Assembly (NCBI GenBank): GCA_038062675.1
Contig: JBBTWP010000001.1
Location: forward strand, 186,059-250,058
Length of the DNA: 64,000 nt
From: Patescibacteria group bacterium
Lineage (GTDB): Bacteria; Patescibacteriota; Minisyncoccia; Phycocordibacterales; UBA1550
Direction of reading: 5' to 3'
Positions 10,424 through 20,411 of the stretch are shown in pieces. The notes under the pieces were generated by a model. The model searched no databases. It had not been told where the DNA came from and saw only the letters and a list, made by a program, of their open reading frames with translations. How positions within the stretch are numbered: position 1 is the stretch's first letter; the number at the start of each line of letters is the position of its first letter. The position numbers were made by a program, and so were the translations under genes.

Positions 10424-10631
10424 ACGAAACTCCTTACTCGGCGCATCACTTTAAGGGTACGGATTTAGGTCGCGCCCAACGGACTTGCGCGACACGATTC
10501 CGCGGAATCGAAAATCCTGAAGTTCACCACAGGGGTACTTCAATCTCTAATCGCTTTGCTCAAGAGATTTTGGTCGCTCGCGTCGCCACGCTCGAAACCC
10601 CCTTAAAGTGATGCGCCTCGACAAGTTTCGT
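10424..10631. repeat. ~200-bp element with terminal inverted repeats and internal hairpins (MITE-like or structured RNA)
   Basis: GGCGCATCACTTTAAGGG (10440-10457) is the exact reverse complement of 10600-10617; outer ACGAAACT/AGTTTCGT pair; several internal stems. Confidence 0.7.
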
Positions 10632-10660
10632 AATTCAAAGTAGAGTAGCTCAACCCTTCA

Positions 10661-10975
10661 CTATGAAGGGTTTTTTAGTAAAATAAACTTTCGTGCCGCC
10701 AACAAAAAGAAAATCATCCCGATTGCCATAAGAGGACTATGAGGATCGAGCCACAATTTGGGAGCATTTGGAAACAAGTTTAAGCGCGTAAAGAAAATCA
10801 CCCACCCCAAGGCTGCGGCATTAAAAAATACGCCCCAGATTACCGGCTTGAGAGCAGCGCCGACGCGACCACCGATAGAATTTTTAAGATCAAAGAAAAT
10901 CATCGCTGCAATAACCGCCACCAAGATGCCGGTAATTTCAACAAGAAGTTCAGGAGAAATGATTGATTGTTCCAT
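10661..10975 (-). CDS. small membrane protein (about 3 TM)
   Basis: three hydrophobic segments. Confidence 0.7.
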   Translation of the reverse strand: MEQSIISPELLVEITGILVAVIAAMIFFDLKNSIGGRVGAALKPVIWGVFFNAAALGWVIFFTRLNLFPNAPKLWLDPHSPLMAIGMIFFLLAARKFILLKNPS

Positions 10976-11137
10976 ATGATAGTCTGATATTTTACTCTTT
11001 TAGTATACTTCACTTTTACAAAAATGAAAAATGCTCCAAAGGCGCAGAAACTTCCATCTTTACACTAAACTTGCCGAATCCTCGATAATGCGAACGAAGA
11101 ACTTTTTATCATACTGTACATAATGCATTTATGGTGT

Positions 11138-13240
11138 TTATCTTAAAAATATAACATCTATGCTTCCATCCCCGAAAAACTCCTCGCCTTCAGCAACTGC
11201 CGGCCTTGAACCCGCACCCCCTTGCTCTTGGTGTGACGAGGCGACAACTCCCGCTTTTCGCAAGTCAGCAAACAAAAGTTCTCGCTCTTCGTCCATTGCC
11301 ATATCTATTTGATACGTAAGCATCTGTCTAATGTTTTTATCAAAGCCAACCGTACCAACATAAATCAATCCCCCTTCCTTGGTCGTCAGATTTGTCCTCC
11401 AAAAACGTACATGATGGCGCTGTCCTACCGCTCCTGCGCTCGCAGCCTTCTCAAATCCAATCGTATGTGTTTCATTATTCCAAAACGATGGCGCAAGGGG
11501 TGCTTCCAGATATTCCTTACCCAAGAAAGCCGCTCTCAAAAAACCACCAGCAGAGCCTATGGTCAAATCATCCGCGCGCGACCATCCCGCTTTCGTGACC
11601 GCATCCACGAGACCCTGCTCGCTGTCCGTCACAACAATAACATTGATCGGTTCACGACTATTCCCCACAAGGGTCTCGGTTTGGTACGGCAATCCGTATT
11701 CAAGAAATGCACTCACAATATTCTTGCCCACCACCTGTGGTTTTTCTTTTAAAAATACCTGACTCGCCGGATGATACCATGTTGCCATGACGACATAAAA
11801 GAGGAAAGCCCCTGCCACCAGCACCCACGAGATAATCTTCCTGCTTCGTGGAGAAATTGTCGCGTTGCCCCAATTCTTTTCCGTTGCAACAAGCCATTTT
11901 GATACACTAATAGCAATAATGAGCCAAAGGGCACCCAAGAGATACCCGCCCCATACATCACTCAAAAAATGCACTCCTAAATAAAGTCGACTGAAACCAA
12001 TAGCCAAAATTACCAGTATTGTAGCAAAAAGAATATTCGCTCTGCGTTTCCAGTTTGTGGCGTCATGTTGCCAGAGAGCATACGCAAGGAATCCGTAAAA
12101 CGCAACCGCGATAGTGGCGTGACCACTTGGAAATGAAAATGATTTTTCCACATACGCCGCCACCTCGGGTCGTGGTCGATGCACCGCCAGCTTGCCAAAG
12201 AAATTTACCGCTTCACTCCCCAAGAGCGCAACCCAAAAAGGAATGACGTACATGCGCTTGTTCCATATCCATAAAAGTATTGACGCAACAAACGTAAAAA
12301 ATAGCACCACCTGCCATTTACCCAACAAGGTAATCCAAAGGAAAACTTGCGTCAGACCATCGTCGCGGAAGGCAAACAGGAGATTGGCAATGCGCATGTC
12401 TAGAACAACAACAACATCTGAAACCACCACATCTTGAACAATTCCCAAAAAAAGCACGAGCACATAGAAAAATGCAACAGACAAAAGCGTGAGGGTCATA
12501 CCAGTAAAACGATTGCGTGCAAAGCGCGCGGATAAAAATACACTGAATTGCGGATACTTTTTTACAAATTGAATACTGTACGGATGTGCGAAAACAATCT
12601 TCTTAAGTGAAGAAAGCATTTGTGACAAAAACTCGACCACTGGTCGACTCTTTTTGATAATAATCCACATTAAAAGCGCCACTAAAAGCCCAACAACTAT
12701 CACGAGACCCGCGCGCGAAATCCACGCCTCGGCAGAATGAAGAATCTCTCCAAAGAAATAGCCAAGGGAGACATGAGCGACCGCCCACAGCACGCCCCCC
12801 GAGATATTCCATAAAAGAAACGTCCGCTGTTTCATTTTGGACAAACCAGCAATAAACGGTACAATTGAGCGAATAGGTCCAACAAAACGACCGAAAAAGA
12901 TACTCTTGGGTCCATGCCGTGCAAAAAAAGCCTCTCCACGTTCTAGATGAGCAAGCTTCAGGAATTTATTTTCATTTCTAAAAAACTTAGTCCCTTTAGT
13001 CCCTAGCCAATAACTAATACTATCTCCCAAAATGGCTCCAACTGCTGCAAACCATATCAAATCGCCAATATCCAAATACCCCTTCGCGGACAAAACTCCA
13101 GCAAACACCACAATAGTCGCGCCCGGAACAAATGACCCGACGAATGCGAGGGATTCGAGGAGTGCCACAAAAAAAACAATCCAGTATCCAAAAACACCGA
13201 CATGCTCGAGGGTTGGCAACAAATTGTTGATAATATCCAT
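11138..13240 (-). CDS. DedA/VTT + PAP2 phosphatase + LssY C-terminal domain membrane protein
   Basis: FFGRFVGPIRS (DedA); RPRP, SFPSGH and SRLYLGVHFLSDV (PAP2); EPIN...RHHVRFW (LssY_C). Confidence 0.9.
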   Translation of the reverse strand: MDIINNLLPTLEHVGVFGYWIVFFVALLESLAFVGSFVPGATIVVFAGVLSAKGYLDIGDLIWFAAVGAILGDSISYWLGTKGTKFFRNENKFLKLAHLERGEAFFARHGPKSIFFGRFVGPIRSIVPFIAGLSKMKQRTFLLWNISGGVLWAVAHVSLGYFFGEILHSAEAWISRAGLVIVVGLLVALLMWIIIKKSRPVVEFLSQMLSSLKKIVFAHPYSIQFVKKYPQFSVFLSARFARNRFTGMTLTLLSVAFFYVLVLFLGIVQDVVVSDVVVVLDMRIANLLFAFRDDGLTQVFLWITLLGKWQVVLFFTFVASILLWIWNKRMYVIPFWVALLGSEAVNFFGKLAVHRPRPEVAAYVEKSFSFPSGHATIAVAFYGFLAYALWQHDATNWKRRANILFATILVILAIGFSRLYLGVHFLSDVWGGYLLGALWLIIAISVSKWLVATEKNWGNATISPRSRKIISWVLVAGAFLFYVVMATWYHPASQVFLKEKPQVVGKNIVSAFLEYGLPYQTETLVGNSREPINVIVVTDSEQGLVDAVTKAGWSRADDLTIGSAGGFLRAAFLGKEYLEAPLAPSFWNNETHTIGFEKAASAGAVGQRHHVRFWRTNLTTKEGGLIYVGTVGFDKNIRQMLTYQIDMAMDEERELLFADLRKAGVVASSHQEQGGAGSRPAVAEGEEFFGDGSIDVIFLR

Positions 13241-13346
13241 ATAAAATAATCCCTGCTTTCAGAGTGAAAACAATTCAAAGAGTATACCATAAAACAAAGA
13301 GAAATTTCTTTTGCTGCTGAGCACTAGGTTGTGCATTGAAATTAGA

Positions 13347-13379
13347 AACACCGCGACCCTTTAAAGAGTTCGCGGTGTT
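13347..13379 (-). terminator. intrinsic terminator-like hairpin
   Basis: AACACCGCGA...TCGCGGTGTT just downstream of the PEP-CTERM gene. Confidence 0.6.
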
Positions 13380-13401
13380 GTTTTCCTTCCATTTCAAGTT
13401 A

Positions 13402-14241
13402 TCAAACCACCCGTGCCGGAGACCGCTTGCGACGGAATGATGTCCACCCCATCAGCCCGAGACCAAGACCAAGCAATGCTACTGATGCTGGTTCTGGAAC
13501 CGCAGTTGAAGGGTCAGTTGGAGCTCCTCCGTTGATATCGAACGTTCCTGAGCCGGAAGCATCAAAATAACTAATGATTCCGGTCATACTCATGGGACCA
13601 TACTGAGCGGCACGTCCGTCAATCGAGGCCTGTTGTTGTTCCACTGTACACGACGGTGGACAATTTACACTAAAGCCTCTAGCAGGGATAATGCCAACCA
13701 ATGCATCGAATAATGTACTTGGCGGACCGGAAGTGCCAAATGTGTCATCGCCACCGCCAAATACATCGTCGCTGCCAAAATCAATCCCCCACATGCTCAC
13801 CGCAGAGTAACCATACCCGCCTCGTTCTTCAACTTGAAGAACATTGAGCGGATCGGTACTGCTTGCGCTAAACCGGAGGTTGTTCACCCGAAGGAGATCC
13901 CCTTCGCCAAGAGCAAGGAAGCCAAAGTATGGCACTCCACCTTGCTGCTCTTCGAATGGTGCCCCTGGATTCGCCATGCAATTCCACGAATAAAACGATG
14001 TGGAAAGAATATCGCACGACGAAACACTTCCTCCTGCCTGAAAATACTCAGGCGTTCCGGAAGTGCCACCAGTTGACGCTCCTGCATACAACGCGTTCAG
14101 AGCAACAGGACCCGCTCCCGTCAAACCCAAAGAAGTGGGTCCGACAAACGGGGTCACAGTGATAGCGATTGCATGCGCCGGAATACTCAAGAAACTTCCG
14201 AGCGCAAACAACACACCCCACATCCACACACGTATTTTCAT
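13402..14241 (-). CDS. secreted protein with PEP-CTERM sorting signal
   Basis: signal peptide ending AHA; C-terminal VPEPASVALLGLGLGLMGW..RRKR; AAGGAGG SD. Confidence 0.88.
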   Translation of the reverse strand: MKIRVWMWGVLFALGSFLSIPAHAIAITVTPFVGPTSLGLTGAGPVALNALYAGASTGGTSGTPEYFQAGGSVSSCDILSTSFYSWNCMANPGAPFEEQQGGVPYFGFLALGEGDLLRVNNLRFSASSTDPLNVLQVEERGGYGYSAVSMWGIDFGSDDVFGGGDDTFGTSGPPSTLFDALVGIIPARGFSVNCPPSCTVEQQQASIDGRAAQYGPMSMTGIISYFDASGSGTFDINGGAPTDPSTAVPEPASVALLGLGLGLMGWTSFRRKRSPARVV

Positions 14242-14359
14242 AAAACCTCCTTGGTTGAACCTGAAACTTACAAGGTACTGCTATTTCCCTAATATATAAG
14301 CATACCTTTTAGAAAAAAGCAAGCTTTACGAAACCTATTGTTTTTCAGACTTTTTAAAA

Positions 14360-15082
14360 CTATGCTACTAAAGTTCCCACAATTTCGCCACGCGTGATAC
14401 GTTTTATGTTGCCTCGAGAAAGGAGGTCAAAAATACGAATCGGCAGTTTATTGTCCATAGCAAGCGATATCGCCGCATTGTCCATGACCGAGATATGTTC
14501 GTTTTTAATGGCATCCATATGAGAAAGAGTTTCGTACTTTACCGCATCAGGATGTTTTTTGGGGTCTTTAGAATATACACCATCAACTTTTGTCGCCTTG
14601 AGCACAATGTCGCACCCCAGCTCGAGCGCAGTAGAGACCGCAGCTGTGTCGGTGGTAACGAATGGGTTCCCTGTTCCCCCTCCAATAATAACCACGCGTC
14701 CTTTTTCAAGGTGGCGGATTGCGCGACGACGGATGTAGGGCTCTGCGACAGAATCGATACGAATACGGGTTTGGAGACGCGCAGGCTGACCAAAATGCTC
14801 GAGGATATCAACGAGTGCCATACCGTTCATAACCGTTGCAAGCATTCCCATATAGTCCGCCGTCGCGCGCTCAATCATTGCTTCATTTTTTGAAAGTGTT
14901 GCCCCGCGTAGAAAGTTCCCGCCGCCAACAACGATAACAATCTGCACTTTTGTTTCCACCACAACTTCATGCAACTCCTTTGCCAAGTCAAGCAAGAAGT
15001 CGGTATCGATACCAAACGATTGTTTGCCGGCAAATTGTTCCCCTGAAAGTTTGAGAAGGATTCTTTTAGGAGATGATGGCAT
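14360..15082 (-). CDS. pyrH: uridylate kinase
   Basis: LLKLSGE, GGGN..RG, DYMGMLAT, GTGNPFVTTD and TKVDGVY motifs. Confidence 0.97.
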   Translation of the reverse strand: MPSSPKRILLKLSGEQFAGKQSFGIDTDFLLDLAKELHEVVVETKVQIVIVVGGGNFLRGATLSKNEAMIERATADYMGMLATVMNGMALVDILEHFGQPARLQTRIRIDSVAEPYIRRRAIRHLEKGRVVIIGGGTGNPFVTTDTAAVSTALELGCDIVLKATKVDGVYSKDPKKHPDAVKYETLSHMDAIKNEHISVMDNAAISLAMDNKLPIRIFDLLSRGNIKRITRGEIVGTLVA

Positions 15083-15095
15083 GTTATTAGAATTT

Positions 15096-16010
15096 TTATT
15101 GCTGACTGACCAAAGGAACAGTAGTCTTGCTGGTCATGGCGCGAGCGACAAGTTCCGGAGAAAATCCCTGCGGAGGGGTGCCGGTGCGAGCGTACTCATA
15201 AAGTGCCATTTTGAAAATAGCGCTGAGTGATGAAAAAACAATACTCAGAATCACGACATAGAGAACGAATACTACCCCCACACCAATAGCAACTCGCACA
15301 TCACCTGCAAGCACAACGGCGCCAATGCTTGCCAGAAAACCGAGAAGAATAAGATGTGACGAGACGAGCCCAACGCCTACATTGCCAATAATGGTTTCTC
15401 CCCATGTTTTACGAATCATGGTAGCAGACTCTTTGAATGAGCCAGCGACGCTCATGTTTCCAACTACAATAAGCGGGAGGCTGAAATACGTGAGCAAATT
15501 CCATGCTGCCCCAAACAGAAATGCGACAATTTTTCCAATAAGTTCTGAACGATCCGCTATTGCGCGGAGCAGGACTCCGACTGTTGCCGAAATGCAGGAC
15601 CAAATAAAAATAGCACCAACGCGATGCAAGCTACCCCGTACACCGTCCATGAATGACAGGTCTTGTCCCGACATGCGTGCATGCGCAATAATAAAAATAC
15701 ATGCTTCAAAAAAATAGATGATGAAACACAAGATGATGTAGTAGCCGAGAAGTACGAGATAATGCCATGCGCTGGTAGCAGCTTGTTCGGGCGGGAGTGT
15801 TCCAATATCACTCAGACTTACGCCAAGAATCGCAAAAACGTATATTAATCCCATAATGCAGAGCGCAACACCCGTAGTGATCGCTGAAACGACCGGAAAC
15901 AACATGATCTCCTTGTCTTGTTTCAAGATTGCCCACGACTGTCGCACAATAGCGAGGCTCGTTGCAAACTTCCCCATTTTGACCGGCTGCGTTGGTGTAA
16001 TTGGTGGCAT
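15096..16010 (-). CDS. multi-pass membrane protein (DUF6159-like)
   Basis: SW..L..DKE...FP, KTWGE and ALYEYA..G..P.GF patterns; about 6 TM. Confidence 0.75.
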   Translation of the reverse strand: MPPITPTQPVKMGKFATSLAIVRQSWAILKQDKEIMLFPVVSAITTGVALCIMGLIYVFAILGVSLSDIGTLPPEQAATSAWHYLVLLGYYIILCFIIYFFEACIFIIAHARMSGQDLSFMDGVRGSLHRVGAIFIWSCISATVGVLLRAIADRSELIGKIVAFLFGAAWNLLTYFSLPLIVVGNMSVAGSFKESATMIRKTWGETIIGNVGVGLVSSHLILLGFLASIGAVVLAGDVRVAIGVGVVFVLYVVILSIVFSSLSAIFKMALYEYARTGTPPQGFSPELVARAMTSKTTVPLVSQQ

Positions 16011-16070
16011 AATAGTATACTCACATACTATCATATTTGCGCACAAAAGGGCTACGCGTGCATTATGATT

Positions 16071-16099
16071 AAAAAAACCGCCGGTCGTTTGACTGGCGG
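16071..16099 (-). terminator. intrinsic terminator
   Basis: CCGCCGGTC...GACTGGCGG stem with A7 (U-tract on the minus strand). Confidence 0.7.
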
Positions 16100-16111
16100 C
16101 TCTGAAAACTA

Positions 16112-16963
16112 CTACACAAGAACTTCACGAAGAATTTTATTTACGTATGCCATTGATGTATCACCCGTGAGGACAACATCAAATGTATCTTCGTTGAGTT
16201 TGAGATTTTTATCAGTTGTTTCATTGAAAAATGAAATGCTCAACAGATTGTGGTAATCAAACCCCTGCACCATGCCAATATCACTCGGACTATCACCAAG
16301 AAGGATGACATTTTTTCGGTTCTTGATGGCATCAAATGCAGGATAATCTCGAATTGCGGTCTCGTACTTGTTGAGTGAGTGAATGATGGGCTCACGAAGT
16401 GCGGTTGCTCGCCCTGCACTATCCCACTCGTACACATTAGAGATAATGTGTACGTTGTCAGTCAGTTTTCCTGCGTGCTCCAGATAAAGACTAACCCCAT
16501 CAACGCCAAGCCCACTTGCTGACATGATAACAAGAGGAACATTATGTGCATTGAGCACATCGGCAAATTCAGAAAACTCCTCACGCAATCGAACTTTACC
16601 GGACGAAACTACTTTCTCAAGATCGCTCTTGTTAAGCCCAGATTCAATCAAGAGTTTTGCGTGCATGCGCCACCACTCATCCATCGCTTTCCACTTTTCC
16701 GCAAAAGGGACAGTGGGGTCGATTTCAATAGCATGATATTTGTCAAAAAGTGCGTGAGCGTTTTCTGTATAGTCCGGTGTCAAATAATTGCCATCACGCA
16801 ACACTGAGATGAGCGATGGTACGCTTTTGCCATCGACAAATGCGGTCGTAAGGGTGCGGTCAAAATCTGCTAATACGTGCAGATTTTCAGCGCCACCCTC
16901 GCGGATAACCTTCAATATTTCGTCGAAATGTTCGGGGTTTCGTATGATAATTTCTTTTTGCAT
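16112..16963 (-). CDS. HAD-superfamily pyrimidine 5'-nucleotidase (NT5C3/UMPH-1-like)
   Basis: ADFDRTLT motif I, MDEWW, IISN, IIHSLNK and RKNVILLGDS..DIGM. Confidence 0.85.
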   Translation of the reverse strand: MQKEIIIRNPEHFDEILKVIREGGAENLHVLADFDRTLTTAFVDGKSVPSLISVLRDGNYLTPDYTENAHALFDKYHAIEIDPTVPFAEKWKAMDEWWRMHAKLLIESGLNKSDLEKVVSSGKVRLREEFSEFADVLNAHNVPLVIMSASGLGVDGVSLYLEHAGKLTDNVHIISNVYEWDSAGRATALREPIIHSLNKYETAIRDYPAFDAIKNRKNVILLGDSPSDIGMVQGFDYHNLLSISFFNETTDKNLKLNEDTFDVVLTGDTSMAYVNKILREVLV

Positions 16964-17113
16964 AGGGTGTCCTCTTTTGTTTGGTTGAACATCTATTCCA
17001 CACAGTACTATTTTCGATCAATTTAGTAAAGACCGTGTGCTGGAATGTGTAACACCTTTTCGATTTATTTAAGGATACAATTTGTTTTTTACAGACAGTA
17101 ATTTTCTGTAAAT

Positions 17114-17140
17114 AAAAGCCCTCTGTTTTGAACAGAGGGC
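17114..17140 (-). terminator. intrinsic terminator
   Basis: GCCCTCTGTT...AACAGAGGGC stem with A-tract. Confidence 0.65.
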
Positions 17141-17155
17141 GTAGAGGGAAACGAT

Positions 17156-17464
17156 TTATGAAATAGTGTACGCTCCTTTTGGTCCATCAAGTTTTTGGTC
17201 CCACTCAGGGTAATCACCTTCGGGAATATGACCAGTCCACATAATGACAACAAAACTGTAAACATATGTAGAACGTGTCACTTTTCCAACACTGATCTCA
17301 CTGTTTTTAGCTTGCGGAAATGTTTTTCTAAGCAAACGGGCCATTCTTGCGATGGCAGTGAGGCTTGAATCGTAGTCCTTAAGCAAGTGAACATTTGCGC
17401 ATCTCTCTCCCTCTTTGTTTCTGGGCAGGTCGTTTCTCCAATAGATGTACTGATAGGTCGCCAT
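17156..17464 (-). CDS. hypothetical protein
   Basis: CAGGAGGA SD, upstream TTGACA and own terminator. Confidence 0.7.
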   Translation of the reverse strand: MATYQYIYWRNDLPRNKEGERCANVHLLKDYDSSLTAIARMARLLRKTFPQAKNSEISVGKVTRSTYVYSFVVIMWTGHIPEGDYPEWDQKLDGPKGAYTIS

Positions 17465-17564
17465 GAATTTCCTCCTGATGAATGGTTGTGTATAAATCCA
17501 CTAACATTTACTCTGAAATATACAATACACTATCAAGTGCATTTTGTCAACTAGCCTTGGGTAT

Positions 17565-19037
17565 TTAACGACTCTGCAACACTCGAAAAATCTCTACCAT
17601 AGCTAGGGTGTCGAGTGCGCAGTATTTGAGGAGGTTTGTTTTAGAGATTTCAATTTCGTCCGCAGTCATCTCGCCCTTAATCATCTTTTCCCATTCACTG
17701 AGTGCCATGGTGCCGTTTTGGATATCGAGACTTTTGTACGAGAGCTCGGGGAGGAGTACGGGAAGCACTTTTTTGATCGAGGCACTCCCTTGGAAGTCGG
17801 GGTGTTGGTAGTCGTCCTTAAACACTTTCATCAAATCAAAGATTCTGTTGTTGATGTCCTGCAAGAATTCACGGTGTTCAGGGTGGAGTTCAGCAAGCTC
17901 GATATTCCTTCCCTTTTCAAAACTTTCGTACCATACGATGACGCTACCGGTTGGACTAATGTGTGTTCGCAACATCTCAACGAGTCCGCTTGTTGCATTT
18001 TCAAGTTGGTCGGCCAGATATTCAAAATGAGTAAGCGTGCCATCAGCGTCAAGTCTGTGCACAGAGACTTGGAACACGATCTGTTGATTGGTTTTGTAGC
18101 CGTCGAGAAGCGGGATGGGGGTGCCGTATGTTTCGTAGTCGAGAAAATAGAGTGGAAAAACGAGCTGGGAGAAAGTCTTGCGAATTGCAGTGCGGTTGAT
18201 TATGGGTGAGCCTGTTTTTTGAAGGGTTACTTTATTGCGCTGAATGTCGGTGAGGTCAAAATCTTCGGGAATGTCATGGATTTCAAGAATATCTTGATCA
18301 AGGAGAAGTTTGAGTTTATTTCCCTGCACAATGTGGTGCACTGAGTATTCGGGAACCTGTGGATTGAACTTAAAAAAACAATCACAGCGTTGTCCGTGGC
18401 TTTTGTAGAGACAACTACACTCTGCGAGTGAGATATCGTCTTGTTTGAGGAGCGTAAGTGCACGGGCGATCTCTTCGCGTACCTCCTCTTTTTCTTCGCG
18501 GATGCGCTCGGTGACATTTTCGACGATAAAAAGTTGTCTGATGTCCACCTCTCCCCTCCGGCGGTATTCTTTGTTGATGTAAATGATGTAGCTATCCCCT
18601 ACTTTCACCCCCGCGTCTTCCGCCACAATCGTCTGAAAACCAACATCTTTTATGTGGTTGTGCTTAAGGTCAGTTTTTATTTCTGAACTCGCTTTTATTT
18701 CATAGATATCCCACGCGTGTGTTTCTTGATTGAAATCCAAAACATCTATTTTTGCAAAGAGTCCGTCGGCGGTTTCAAACGTCGCCTGGAAAATGGGTTT
18801 GTCGCCACGCAAAAGTTCCTGTGTACGCGCAAGGAGTGTCTCTTTGTTCCCGGACACTGCGACACCGTCGGGGAAAAGTTTCTGCACATACTCCTCCACT
18901 TCGTAACCATCTTTAATGAGTTTTTGCAGGAACAACGAAAACTCACCGGGGGTGTATTCCTCGGGGCGTTTTTTCTTGAGCCACAAACACTTGTCGCACA
19001 AGAGAAATTCTTTAAAATCTGTTTTGGTGAGGGTCAT
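17565..19037 (-). CDS. DUF2779-domain protein (PD-(D/E)xK-like N-terminus plus RNase H-like domain)
   Basis: TKTDF...C.K.LWL, AKIDVL...EIKAS, FLDYET, SASIKKVLP and YCALDT. Confidence 0.85.
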   Translation of the reverse strand: MTLTKTDFKEFLLCDKCLWLKKKRPEEYTPGEFSLFLQKLIKDGYEVEEYVQKLFPDGVAVSGNKETLLARTQELLRGDKPIFQATFETADGLFAKIDVLDFNQETHAWDIYEIKASSEIKTDLKHNHIKDVGFQTIVAEDAGVKVGDSYIIYINKEYRRRGEVDIRQLFIVENVTERIREEKEEVREEIARALTLLKQDDISLAECSCLYKSHGQRCDCFFKFNPQVPEYSVHHIVQGNKLKLLLDQDILEIHDIPEDFDLTDIQRNKVTLQKTGSPIINRTAIRKTFSQLVFPLYFLDYETYGTPIPLLDGYKTNQQIVFQVSVHRLDADGTLTHFEYLADQLENATSGLVEMLRTHISPTGSVIVWYESFEKGRNIELAELHPEHREFLQDINNRIFDLMKVFKDDYQHPDFQGSASIKKVLPVLLPELSYKSLDIQNGTMALSEWEKMIKGEMTADEIEISKTNLLKYCALDTLAMVEIFRVLQSR

Positions 19038-19103
19038 GATGATGTGTGTTTTATGGTTCATTATATCATGTCTGCGCTTGTGGATGGGGTTGTTAATTCT
19101 TGA

Positions 19104-20348
19104 CTACAAAAACAACAAATTGTGCTCTATGTTGTCTGCTTCTGTTCCGATTTTTTCTTGTTTGAGTGCCTGCTGTGTGGAAGCAAGGTATACAACACGC
19201 TTGCCGAGCTTGTCCTCAAGGATATCGATCTGCTTGTGTATTGCGCTAAACTTTTCAGCTTTTTTTGTGTCACCAAATAGATCACGCTGTGAGGTGTAAT
19301 TCTGGAGAAGGTCATGAAGGGTGACGCCGGCGGTGCGGTACCGTGTATTTTTGTTGTGTATGGAATCAAATTTTTCATGCGCAAGAGTGGCAAGGATTTC
19401 GGGTGAGTTTGATGGCGACGAAAGTGGTATGGTGCCCGTTACTATTTTGAAGTCAGTTGTTTTGAGAAAAATAGAGAATTTTTTGGGGACCAGATTGTAG
19501 TGGCGTGCTTTCATGCACGCATCTTCCAAGTGCTTTGAGATTTGTGACCAGAGAAAAGTCTTGTCGCTGGTCACAGGATGAAAGGTTCGTGTCTTTTGTA
19601 TCGACGAGTAAGCAGCTTTTGTTTTGACATCGACGTCCATAAGGGATGTTCCGTGGAGTTCCTGCCAAATAGTCACATACGGTTTTGAGAGGTTTTGCTC
19701 CACCCATGCCAGCTCTTTCATGGTAAAATCAAACGCTGTGTGCACACCCCATCTCATGAGATGCTCGGAAGTTTTTGGGCCAATACCCCATACTTTGTTG
19801 ATGGGTATTTTTTTGAGAAATGTTGGCGCGGTGGCTGTTTCAATGATGGTTAGCCCGTTTGGCTTTACCCAGTTTGAGGCAACTTTTGCAAGCACCTTTG
19901 TGGGGGCGAGACCAATCGATACCGAAATGCAAAGCTCACTTTGTATTTCATTCTTGATCTGCTCGGCTATCTGGAGGTAGGGCATCTTGAGTGTTCGGTC
20001 GAGTCCAGTAAAGTCGGCAAAGCATTCGTCGATGCTGTACTCTTCTACGCCATATGCGTAGCGGTTGACGATGGCAAACATCATGTCTGAATATTGAACA
20101 TAGGAACGATAGTCTCCGGGAAGAATGACTACATTGGGAAAGTCTTGTTTAATTTTGAATATCGGCATTCCTCGCGTGACGCCAAGCGCCTTTGCTTCGT
20201 AGGAAAGCGCCGAAGCAATCCCCCGCTCCTCGCCGGTGACGACGGGCAGCCCTTTTAGTTTTGGATTTTTTGCAACCTCGACACCCACGAAAAAAGCATC
20301 ACCATCGATGTGGAAAATAACTTTTTCTTTTTTTATTGCGGTGCTCAT
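19104..20348 (-). CDS. dinB: Y-family DNA polymerase IV
   Basis: HIDGDAFF, SYEAK, YSIDE, KVLAKVAS..KPNG and WGIG motifs. Confidence 0.93.
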   Translation of the reverse strand: MSTAIKKEKVIFHIDGDAFFVGVEVAKNPKLKGLPVVTGEERGIASALSYEAKALGVTRGMPIFKIKQDFPNVVILPGDYRSYVQYSDMMFAIVNRYAYGVEEYSIDECFADFTGLDRTLKMPYLQIAEQIKNEIQSELCISVSIGLAPTKVLAKVASNWVKPNGLTIIETATAPTFLKKIPINKVWGIGPKTSEHLMRWGVHTAFDFTMKELAWVEQNLSKPYVTIWQELHGTSLMDVDVKTKAAYSSIQKTRTFHPVTSDKTFLWSQISKHLEDACMKARHYNLVPKKFSIFLKTTDFKIVTGTIPLSSPSNSPEILATLAHEKFDSIHNKNTRYRTAGVTLHDLLQNYTSQRDLFGDTKKAEKFSAIHKQIDILEDKLGKRVVYLASTQQALKQEKIGTEADNIEHNLLFL

Positions 20349-20411
20349 CTATTGCATTACTTTAATACGTTATTTGAGAGTACCGAAAAATGTTTTGTAG
20401 TCAACAGCTCT

